From the NCBI GenBank assembly GCA_963749495.1, contig CAVVMW010000018.1:377733-441732 (forward strand): a stretch of DNA of 64,000 nucleotides, in the 5' to 3' direction. The position numbers and the translations under genes were made by a program. A model generated the notes under the pieces. It worked only from the letters and a program-made list of their open reading frames with translations, was not told where the DNA came from and made no database searches. Every line of letters starts with the position of its first letter. Positions within the stretch are counted from its first letter, which is position 1. This DNA comes from an uncultured bacterium. GTDB lineage: Bacteria; Verrucomicrobiota; Verrucomicrobiia; Limisphaerales; UBA8199. Below, piece after piece: positions 33,183 to 41,531 of this stretch.

Positions 33183-34154
33183 ATGAATAATGACCCTTGG
33201 AGACCACGAAAGGTAGTCATTGTTGGCGCCGGTGCTGTAGGTTCCACTTTTGCCTACGCGCTGGCCCAGAGTGGTTTGGCCGATGTGATCGCCTTGCGCG
33301 ATGCCAATCATGAACTGGCCATGGGACAGGTCCTCGATTTGGCTCATGGCCAGGCCTTTTTCCCTTCCGTCCAGATTCGTGAAGCCCAAGCAGCGGATTA
33401 TGCCGATGCCCGCATGATTGTGATTACGGCCGGGGCCAAACAAAGGCCCGGCGAGTCCCGTCTGGATCTGCTGCAACGAAACGTCAAAATCATCCGCGAT
33501 ATTATGGACGAAATCGTGCTCCAGAATTCACCGGCAGTCGTTTTGATTGTCAGCAATCCGGTGGACATCCTGACGTATTTCGCTCACAAGCGGTCCGGCT
33601 GGCCGCGTGGACGCATCATCGGGTCCGGCACCGTGCTGGATAGCGCGCGCTTCCGTCACTTGTTGAGCCAGCACTGCGGCGTGGATGTGCACAATGTCCA
33701 TGCTTACATCCTGGGGGAACACGGCGACAGTGAGTTTGCCGCGTGGTCCATGACGAACATGGCCGGCATGCCCATCGAACAATTTTGTCGCCTGTGTTTG
33801 AAATGCGACGATTGGCAGGCAGCCCGCCGCAAAGTCGCGGAGGAGGTAAAGCATTCCGCCTATCATATCATTGATTACAAAGGGGCGACCTCGTTCGCTG
33901 TCGGCCTGGCCTTGACGCAAATTGCCGCGGCCATCTTGCGCAACCAACATGGTGTGCTCACCGTTTCATCTGTGCTGGAAGGGGAATACGGCCTCCGGGG
34001 TGTGAGTTTGGGGGTTCCCTGCATTCTCTCCCGAACAGGCGTCGAAAAGGTATTGCAGGTTACTTTGCCACCCGACGAGCAGAGCGCTCTAGTGAAGTCC
34101 GCCGCCGTTTTGCGGGAAGCTATCGAACAGCTTGAGTTGACCGCCGCATCATAA
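33183..34154 (+). CDS. ldh: L-lactate dehydrogenase
   Basis: GAGAVG, ITAGAKQRPGESRLDLLQRN, VSNPVD, GSGTVLDSARFR, LGEHGDSE, YHIIDYKGATS. Confidence 0.93.
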   Translation: MNNDPWRPRKVVIVGAGAVGSTFAYALAQSGLADVIALRDANHELAMGQVLDLAHGQAFFPSVQIREAQAADYADARMIVITAGAKQRPGESRLDLLQRNVKIIRDIMDEIVLQNSPAVVLIVSNPVDILTYFAHKRSGWPRGRIIGSGTVLDSARFRHLLSQHCGVDVHNVHAYILGEHGDSEFAAWSMTNMAGMPIEQFCRLCLKCDDWQAARRKVAEEVKHSAYHIIDYKGATSFAVGLALTQIAAAILRNQHGVLTVSSVLEGEYGLRGVSLGVPCILSRTGVEKVLQVTLPPDEQSALVKSAAVLREAIEQLELTAAS

Positions 34155-34330
34155 ATCAACGAACATGTGCAAGACACATCATCCAAACCCAAGGCAATGA
34201 TCCGCTCCTGAGCGGGAGCTCCCCGACGGAACCGATTGAGACACGCGCGGGCATCAGTTCCGGCGGCCAACGAAGCACACCGTCCACAAACCGCTCGTCG
34301 AAACAAAACTTGAGAAAGTGAAACCAAATC

Positions 34331-36613
34331 GTGAATACAAAACCCCGCTCCTACAAAGGCCTCTGGCTGAGCCTCATCGGCGTAATGGCCCTCTCCTTCC
34401 TTGTGCTCGGCTACTACGGCACGGAGATTTACCGCCAGGCGCCCCCCGTGCCCAAGCGCGTCGTAACGACCGACGGCATGGTGCTGTTCACCGGCCAGGA
34501 TATCAAAGACGGCCAGAATGTCTGGCAATCCATCGGCGGCGAAGAGGTAGGCACCGTCTGGGGCCACGGGGCCTATGTGGCGCCGGACTGGTCGGCCGAT
34601 TGGCTCCATCGTGAATCTGTCTGGCTGCTCGACCACTGGGCGGCACAGTCCGGCGGCAAGACGTATGGGCAGCTCGCTCCCGAAATCCAGGCGGGGTTGA
34701 GGCAGCGTTTGAAGACGGAACTGCGCACCAACACCTACCGGGCGCAGACTGGCGATCTCGTGGTTTCTCCCGTCCGCGCTGCGGCGGTCAAGGCGGTGGC
34801 AGGGCATTACACTGCGCTTTTTGGGGATGATCCGGAGTTGAAGAAACTTCGTGATGCCTACGCGATTCCAGCCAATACCGTCAAAACCCCCGAGCGCCAG
34901 AAATTGCTGAACGCCTTTTTCTTCTGGGCCGCCTGGGCCTGCTCCACGGAACGCCCTGACAGCCAGGCCACCTACACTCAGAACTGGCCGCCTGAATCGC
35001 TCATCAACAACCGGCCAACCGGCTCGATCGTGGTTTGGTCCGTGATCAGCTTTGTGATTCTGCTGGCCGGGATCGGCGCGATGGTCTGGTATTTCGCGGC
35101 CCAGCGTCACGCCCAAGCGAGTGACGAACAGAACGTGCCGGAGACGGACCCGCTGCTCGGACTCAAGCCCACGGCGTCCATGAAGGCGACCTTGAAATAC
35201 TTCTGGGTGGTAGCTGCCCTGATGGTGGTGCAAGTGGGCCTCGGTGCCGTGACCGCGCACTACGGCGTGGAAGGTGACGGCTTCTATGGCATCCCCCTCA
35301 GCAAATGGTTGCCCTACTCGGTGGCACGCACCTGGCACACCCAGATCGGCATCTTCTGGATTGCCACAGCGTGGCTGGCGACCGGCCTCTTTGTGGCGCC
35401 CGCCGTATCCGGTTACGAGCCGCGCGGGCAAAGGCTCGGCGTGAATGTCCTCTTCACTTGCCTGCTGGTCATTGTCGTTGGCTCGCTCGCCGGCGAGTGG
35501 CTGGGCGTGCAACAGAAGCTGGGCATGGCCTCCAATTTCTGGTTCGGTCACCAAGGCTACGAATACGTGGACCTTGGCCGATTCTGGCAGATATTCCTGT
35601 TCGCCGGATTGTTCATTTGGCTGGCGCTGATGGGCCGAGCTTTGTGGCCGGCATTCAGACAGCCCGGGCCTAACCGCCATTTGCTGGCGCTCTTCCTGGT
35701 CGCCTCGACGGCCATCGCTTTGTTCTACGGTGCGGGTTTGATGTGGGGCCGCCAAACGCACCTGGCCATGGCGGAGTATTGGCGCTGGTGGGTGGTGCAT
35801 TTGTGGGTGGAGGGCTTTTTCGAGGTCTTCGCCACGGTCGTGATCGCCTTCCTCTTCACTCGCATGGGCCTGCTTCAAACGGCCAGCGCGACTGCCGCCG
35901 TGATGTTCTCCACCGTGATCTTCCTGGCGGGCGGCATCCTTGGCACGTTCCACCATCTTTACTTCAGCGGAACGCCCACCGCCATTTTGGCGCTGGGCGC
36001 AACCTTCAGCGCGATGGAAGTGGTGCCGCTGGTTTTGATTGGTTTTGAGGGCTACGAGAATCTGACCCTCAGCCGTGCGCGTCCGTGGGTCGCGGCCTAT
36101 AAATGGCCGATATTCTTCTTTGTGGCCGTGGCCTTTTGGAACCTGGTGGGCGCCGGTCTGTTTGGCTTTCTCATCAACCCACCCATCGCCCTTTACTATA
36201 TGCAGGGCCTGAACACCACGCCCGTCCACGGCCACGCCGCCTTATTCGGCGTCTATGGCATGCTAGGCATCGGCCTGATGCTGTTCTGCATGCGCGGGCT
36301 GACCCAGCACCGTGCGTGGAAATCCCGCACACTCTCCTTCAGCTTCTGGGCGATTAATGTCGGTCTGGTGTTGATGATCCTGCTAAGCCTGTTACCAGTG
36401 GGTCTGCTTCAGACTTGGGCCAGCGTGGAACACGGCATGTGGTATGCCCGCTCCGCCGAGTTCATGCAGACGCCGACAATGAATACGCTGCGCTGGCTCC
36501 GGGTCGTGGGCGATTCCATCTTCGCGCTGGGCGCGGTCGGCTTAGGGTGGTTCGTGCTCGGACTCAAAACCGGTTGGTCGCTTGAAACCCGCCTACCAGC
36601 CATGGGAAAATGA
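34331..36613 (+). CDS. norB: Quinol-dependent nitric oxide reductase (qNor, long NorB/NorZ)
   Basis: 760 aa; VWGHGAYVAPDWSADWLHRE, RTWHTQ, YWRWWVVHLWVEGFFEVF, GTFHHLYF, TPVHGHAALFGVYG. Confidence 0.96.
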   Translation: MNTKPRSYKGLWLSLIGVMALSFLVLGYYGTEIYRQAPPVPKRVVTTDGMVLFTGQDIKDGQNVWQSIGGEEVGTVWGHGAYVAPDWSADWLHRESVWLLDHWAAQSGGKTYGQLAPEIQAGLRQRLKTELRTNTYRAQTGDLVVSPVRAAAVKAVAGHYTALFGDDPELKKLRDAYAIPANTVKTPERQKLLNAFFFWAAWACSTERPDSQATYTQNWPPESLINNRPTGSIVVWSVISFVILLAGIGAMVWYFAAQRHAQASDEQNVPETDPLLGLKPTASMKATLKYFWVVAALMVVQVGLGAVTAHYGVEGDGFYGIPLSKWLPYSVARTWHTQIGIFWIATAWLATGLFVAPAVSGYEPRGQRLGVNVLFTCLLVIVVGSLAGEWLGVQQKLGMASNFWFGHQGYEYVDLGRFWQIFLFAGLFIWLALMGRALWPAFRQPGPNRHLLALFLVASTAIALFYGAGLMWGRQTHLAMAEYWRWWVVHLWVEGFFEVFATVVIAFLFTRMGLLQTASATAAVMFSTVIFLAGGILGTFHHLYFSGTPTAILALGATFSAMEVVPLVLIGFEGYENLTLSRARPWVAAYKWPIFFFVAVAFWNLVGAGLFGFLINPPIALYYMQGLNTTPVHGHAALFGVYGMLGIGLMLFCMRGLTQHRAWKSRTLSFSFWAINVGLVLMILLSLLPVGLLQTWASVEHGMWYARSAEFMQTPTMNTLRWLRVVGDSIFALGAVGLGWFVLGLKTGWSLETRLPAMGK

Positions 36614-36736
36614 CGCGCAGGACGGCAATCAACGCCCCGACGTGCAACGTCCTCCTGGCGGCGAAGGCGGCCTTGGCGGTCCCGGCGGGGTGGGTGGTCA
36701 ACCCGGGCAGGTTTGCCCGAATTACCCAACCGGAGG

Positions 36737-36873
36737 GCGGGCACCAAAACGGGCACCAACTGAGTAGGTTCTGGTAGGCGTCGGTAGTAGCTGATTAGGC
36801 TTGAGTAGTCCGGCAAATTGGGTAAATTTTACCTGCGATTGCGGCAAAAAACGGTCGATTCCCACCCTCGCCT
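36737..36873 (+). mobile_element. Putative island right end (att site 3)
   Basis: High identity to 29348..29484; ends TCGATT-CCCAC-CCTCGCC-T (36855-36873) without CCA. Confidence 0.7.
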
Positions 36874-37127
36874 TGAGCGCCAAAGTCAGCGGCCGAGTTC
36901 AACCTGGTAGCGGCAGTTTGAATTCTCTTTGCGGGGGCAGTGTTTGAGTATCTTGTCCGCCGTTCGATGCCGGCAACCACGTCACGATCCCAATCGTGGC
37001 CACCAACGGAAGCGTGTTCTTCCGCTTGGTTCATCCGTAATGGGCCTGAATTCCCGTCCAGTCTTAATGATGCCTTAAGGTTCCCTGGGACATGATTGCG
37101 GCTTGCTCGTGACAGGCTTGTGACGAA

Positions 37128-39410
37128 ATGATGGCTCAAATGTTTTCAGGAACCGCAACCCATCCGTCCGGCGGTGCTCCTGGCGTCAAGCGCCAGGCCC
37201 TGGCGACAGCGCTGGGCGCCCTCCTTTTGTTGGCGTTGCTAGGCGCCGCCTTCGCTCTGCAAAGGCTGGTTCCCGGCGCCGCCACCGCGGCGCGCCTTGA
37301 GCGTGTCCGGCTCTTCGGCCTGACGAACGTCTGGAAGATTCACCTGACCTTCACGCCCGACCAGTGGCAGGCCCTGGAGCCCAAAGGCGGCGGTGGTCCC
37401 TTTGGCGGCCCGGGCGGTCCGGGGCGGCCATTCGGCGGCCCGGGCGGTCCGGGCGGCCCAGGGGGACCGTTTGGCGGCCCAGGGGGACCGGGTGGTCCGG
37501 GCGGCTTTGGTCCGGGCGCAGAAATGGCCCCGGTTTTTTTGAGCCAGGGCGACTCCAATCATGATGGGCAACTCTCCCGTGCAGAATTCGAGGCGCTCAG
37601 TCAAAAATGGTTTGCCGCCTGGGACACCAACCAGACCGGCAAACTGGACGCTGCCAAAATCCGCGCCGGTCTCGATGCGGCGGTGGCCGCCGCCCGTGGC
37701 AATCGGCCGGAGGCTGCGGGGCCGGGCCCGCGAGGGGAATCCCCTCCCGCCCCCAAGGGCAACGGCAACGGCTTTCCTACGGTCCACGCCGACCTGGACT
37801 TTGAGGGCATGAGCTTCCAGGACGTGTCGGTGCGTTACAAAGGCAACAACACTTACATGACTTCGCGCGACTCGCTCAAACGCCCGCTCAAGGTGGACTT
37901 GAATCGCGGATTCAAGGGGCGCCGGCTTGGCGGCGTGGCCAAGTTCAACCTCCATAACAATGTCAACGATCCCGGCGGCATGAACGAGCCGCTCTCGTAT
38001 CGCCTTTTTCGCGACGCCGGCGTGCCCGGCGGGCGGACGGCCTACGCACAGGTTTATTTCACGGTGCCCGGCAAATGCACCAACCAATACGTTGGCGTGT
38101 ATTCCATCGTGGAGGACGTGGACAACGATTTCACGCGGTCGCGGTTCGGCACCAAGCGCGGGGCCTTGTTCAAGCCGGTGACGAGGCAATTGTTCGAAGA
38201 CATGGGAAACAACTGGTCCGCTTACCAACGAGCCTACGATGCCAAGACGCCCGTGCTCGACCACGAAACCCGGCGCATCATCGAGTTCAGCAAGCTTGTG
38301 TCCCATGTCGGCGACACGGAGTTCGCTGCGCGGCTGGAGGAGTTCCTCGACCTGGATGAATTCGCGCGTTTTATGGCCGTGACCGTTTGGCTCAGCAACA
38401 TGGACAGCCTGCTCTGCACGGGCCAAAACTTCTACGTCTATCTGCACCCCAAAACGCGGCAGTTTCAGTTTCTCCCCTGGGACTTCGACCACTCCTTCGG
38501 ACTGTTCCCGATGGCCGGCAGCGCGGATGAGCTCGAGACCCTGAGCATCCTGCGGCCCTGGACCGGGCAAAACCTGTTTCTCGAGCGCGTGTTCAAGGTG
38601 GAGAAGTTCAAGCGCCTTTACCTGGCCCGGATGAAGGAGTTCAGCGAGACGATTTTCAAGCCGCAACGCATCGAACGGCAGGTGGATGAACTGGCTTCCG
38701 TGCTCCGGCCGGTGGTTCGGGAGGAATCCGCTGAAATGCTGGCGCGCTTCGATAAGGTGGTGGCTGGCGAACCAGGCTCGTCGGGCGGCTTCGGCGGACC
38801 GCCTCCGGGCAGCGCGCCCACAGCGTCCCCACCGTCTGAGCAACGCGGAGCGCAGAACGGCCCCGGCATGGGCGCTGGTGCCTTCGGACCACCATTCGGA
38901 GGCCCGGGCGGCGGCGGGCCGCCCGTGTTCGGCGGTCCAGGTGGCGGTGGGCCGCCCTTTGGGCCGGGGGGCTTCGGGCAGGCTCTGAAACCGATCAGAA
39001 CCTTCGTCCCCGTCCGCGCCAGGTCCGTGATGGATCAACTCGCAGGCAAGTCCAAGGGCGCCGTCCTTTCTCGCTCCGGCCCCGGCGGACCGCCTGGCGG
39101 GCCGGGTGGCCCTGGCGGGCCTCCAGGCATGGGTGGGCCGGGCGGCTTCGGGCCGGGGATGTTCCTGACGCAGGCATTCCTGACCGCCCTCGACGCGGAC
39201 AAAGACGGCGTGGTCACGCACGCTGAATTCACCCAGGGTTTCCTGAAGTGGTTCGATTCGTGGAACGCGGACCACAGCGGTGCGCTCACCGCAGAGCAAC
39301 TCCGCGCCGGGATCAACCACGACCTTTCGCCCTTCCGCGGCGGGCCGCCTCCCGGATTCGACTTCGGCCCGCCGGGCGGGTTCGGCCCGCCGGATGACGG
39401 CGATTTCTAA
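37128..39410 (+). CDS. CotH-kinase family protein with EF-hand-like segments and Gly/Pro-rich linkers
   Basis: VSVRYKGNNT, KRPLKVDLN, MNEPLSYRLFRDAGVP, GVYSIVEDVD, NMDSL..GQNFY, FLPWDFDHSFG; DSNHDGQLSRAEF and DADKDGVVTHAEF. Confidence 0.9.
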   Translation: MMAQMFSGTATHPSGGAPGVKRQALATALGALLLLALLGAAFALQRLVPGAATAARLERVRLFGLTNVWKIHLTFTPDQWQALEPKGGGGPFGGPGGPGRPFGGPGGPGGPGGPFGGPGGPGGPGGFGPGAEMAPVFLSQGDSNHDGQLSRAEFEALSQKWFAAWDTNQTGKLDAAKIRAGLDAAVAAARGNRPEAAGPGPRGESPPAPKGNGNGFPTVHADLDFEGMSFQDVSVRYKGNNTYMTSRDSLKRPLKVDLNRGFKGRRLGGVAKFNLHNNVNDPGGMNEPLSYRLFRDAGVPGGRTAYAQVYFTVPGKCTNQYVGVYSIVEDVDNDFTRSRFGTKRGALFKPVTRQLFEDMGNNWSAYQRAYDAKTPVLDHETRRIIEFSKLVSHVGDTEFAARLEEFLDLDEFARFMAVTVWLSNMDSLLCTGQNFYVYLHPKTRQFQFLPWDFDHSFGLFPMAGSADELETLSILRPWTGQNLFLERVFKVEKFKRLYLARMKEFSETIFKPQRIERQVDELASVLRPVVREESAEMLARFDKVVAGEPGSSGGFGGPPPGSAPTASPPSEQRGAQNGPGMGAGAFGPPFGGPGGGGPPVFGGPGGGGPPFGPGGFGQALKPIRTFVPVRARSVMDQLAGKSKGAVLSRSGPGGPPGGPGGPGGPPGMGGPGGFGPGMFLTQAFLTALDADKDGVVTHAEFTQGFLKWFDSWNADHSGALTAEQLRAGINHDLSPFRGGPPPGFDFGPPGGFGPPDDGDF

Positions 39411-39435
39411 TTCCTCATCGCGGTTTCATTGATTT

Positions 39436-40122
39436 ATGCAAATCGAACAAACACTCCACGAACTGTTTTGGAATCCCACCGACCTGGCCTCGCTGCCGAG
39501 TCTGGTCTTGCGGCTGGTGGTCGCAGCGCTGCTCGGCATCCTGCTCGGCTGGGCCTACGTTCGTTTCGGCCAGGCGCTCTCCAACCGCAAGCTCTTTGCC
39601 CGGAATTTCATCGTGCTCACCGTGACCACGACCCTCATCATCAGCATCGTCCGGTCGTCCGTGGCCTTGTCGCTGGGACTCGTGGGCGCGCTCTCGATTG
39701 TCAGGTTCCGCGCCGCGATCAAGGAGCCGGAGGAACTCGCTTTCCTCTTTCTCGCCATCAGTGCCGGCCTGGGGCTGGGCGCCGGCGCCGCCCTGGTCAC
39801 CATCGTCGCCCTGGCTCTGATCCTCGGCTTGATCGCGTTCCGCAGTCTCCTTTTCCGCCAACCCAGCCCGCCCAACCTCTACCTGACCGTCACCAGCCCG
39901 GCGTCCGCGAGCCTGGGCGCCAGCCAGATCCTGCAAGCCCTCGCCGCCGCCGGCGCCAGCGCGAGCTTGAAGCGCTTCGATCAGACACCCGACCTCATCG
40001 AGGCCGCGTTCGTCGTCGACTTCAAGGACGTCGCCCGGCTGGAGCAGTTCAACCAGCGGCTTCGGGAACTGAGCCCGCAGGTGCGAATCAGTTGCCTCGA
40101 TGCCCGCGGGCTGGGCGCTTGA
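39436..40122 (+). CDS. DUF4956 family membrane protein
   Basis: SSVALSLGLVGALSIVRFRAAIKEPEELAFLF. Confidence 0.9.
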   Translation: MQIEQTLHELFWNPTDLASLPSLVLRLVVAALLGILLGWAYVRFGQALSNRKLFARNFIVLTVTTTLIISIVRSSVALSLGLVGALSIVRFRAAIKEPEELAFLFLAISAGLGLGAGAALVTIVALALILGLIAFRSLLFRQPSPPNLYLTVTSPASASLGASQILQALAAAGASASLKRFDQTPDLIEAAFVVDFKDVARLEQFNQRLRELSPQVRISCLDARGLGA

Positions 40123-40142
40123 ACTGGCCAAGGCCATCTCGC

Positions 40143-40832
40143 ATGACCACGTTGCCGCCGAACCCCCGCTACGAGAGGAAGTTTGTCACGGATGCGCTCA
40201 CCCTGCACGAAGTCCTCGCGCTCGTGCGCCGTCATCCGGCCGCGTTTCGTGAGGTCTATTCTGCGCGCTGGGTGAACAACCTCTACCTGGATTCGCCGGA
40301 CCTGCGCGACTATCACGACCACGTCGACGGCGTCGCTCACCGGGCCAAGACGCGCATCCGCTGGTATGGCGCCTGGTCCGGCCGCATCGACTCGCCGGCC
40401 CTCGAACGCAAGCTCAAGCGTGGCCTCGTGAGCGGGAAGATATCGCACATCCTGCCGCCGCTGGCGATGAACGCAGGCGTTTCGAGATCGGACCTGGAAG
40501 CGGCCTTCGAGCGCGCGAACCTGCCGGGGCTGACGCGTTCCGCTCTGTGCCACCTTCTGCCGTCGTTGCCAAACCGCTACCAGCGCCACTACTTCCGGAG
40601 CGCCGATGGCCATTTCCGCCTGACGGTGGATTCAGAGCTTCAGTTCGCCGCCGCGCGCCCAACCAGCGGCGCGGGAGTCTCCTTTTGTTCGCCTGTTGCC
40701 CTGATAGTGATGGAACTCAAGTTTGGTCTTGCTGAGGCGGACGCTGCGGCAGGGGTGACCAATGCGCTGCCCTTCCGCCTCGCCCGCTGCTCGAAATATG
40801 TCCTCGGAATCAACCGCTTCGCCGCGCCTTAG
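40143..40832 (+). CDS. VTC-domain (polyphosphate polymerase-like) protein
   Basis: RYERKF, VNNLYLDS, KTRIRWYG, YQRHYF, RLTVDS, MELKF, SKYVLG. Confidence 0.9.
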   Translation: MTTLPPNPRYERKFVTDALTLHEVLALVRRHPAAFREVYSARWVNNLYLDSPDLRDYHDHVDGVAHRAKTRIRWYGAWSGRIDSPALERKLKRGLVSGKISHILPPLAMNAGVSRSDLEAAFERANLPGLTRSALCHLLPSLPNRYQRHYFRSADGHFRLTVDSELQFAAARPTSGAGVSFCSPVALIVMELKFGLAEADAAAGVTNALPFRLARCSKYVLGINRFAAP

Positions 40833-40883
40833 AGCGCAGGACCTCCCTTTAAAAGCAGCCGTGCTCGGCGTGACCCAAACCGG

Positions 40884-41528
40884 TCACCGGAGGAACTTCG
40901 CCACCGCTTCGGCCTGGGAGTGGACTTGCAGTTTCTCGTAGATGCGGCGCAGATAGGTTTGAACGGTCGTGACGCTGAGGTCCAACTCGGCGGCGACTTC
41001 CTTGATGCGTTTGCCCCGCGCGATGCGCTCCAGCACCTTGGCCTCCCGCTCGCTCAACGAGTCCTTCGCCGCGGGTGAACCGTCCTTGCCGTGGAAGGAC
41101 TCGACCACGCGACGCGCGATGACCGCGGACATCGGTGAACCGCCCTGCCCGACGAGTTGAATGCCGTCCAGGATTTCGGCCGGCGTCGCGGCCTTGAGCA
41201 GATACCCGGTTGCGCCCGCCCGCAACGCGGCGAACACCCGGTCGCTATCGTCTTCGATCGTCAGCATGAGCACCTGGGTTGCGGGCCGCAGGCGCTTCAG
41301 TTCGCGCGTGCACTCGATGCCCGACATGCCGGGCAGGTTCAGGTCCATCAACACCACATCCGGCGCGGCTCTGGAAAGCTCGCGCAACGCTTCCTCGCCC
41401 GTCGCATACATCCCCACGCACTCGATACCCGGCGTCAAATCAACGATCGCGCGCAGCCCGCGGCGGAACGGGAGGTTGTCTTCCACCACGGCAAGGCGGA
41501 TCTCACTGGCGGCATCGGCAGCAGGCAT
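40884..41528 (-). CDS. NarL/LuxR family response regulator
   Basis: VVEDN, DVVLMDLNLPGMSG, GATGYLLK, LSERE...RRIYEKLQVHS. Confidence 0.95.
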   Translation of the reverse strand: MPAADAASEIRLAVVEDNLPFRRGLRAIVDLTPGIECVGMYATGEEALRELSRAAPDVVLMDLNLPGMSGIECTRELKRLRPATQVLMLTIEDDSDRVFAALRAGATGYLLKAATPAEILDGIQLVGQGGSPMSAVIARRVVESFHGKDGSPAAKDSLSEREAKVLERIARGKRIKEVAAELDLSVTTVQTYLRRIYEKLQVHSQAEAVAKFLR

Positions 41529-41531
41529 GCG

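Noticed and set aside
22669..36873. Intact tRNA genes at the three CCA-like sites
   Set aside because: Only the T-loop-to-3' portion is present; the upstream DNA cannot form D or anticodon arms or the 5' acceptor strand.
37390..37520. Collagen-like domain in the CotH protein
   Set aside because: Short GGP/GPF low-complexity linkers with interrupted periodicity; more likely disordered spacers.
39429..40142. 467-aa ORF as an extended VTC protein
   Set aside because: The upstream part overlaps DUF4956 in another frame; the paralogue supports a start at ATG 40143.
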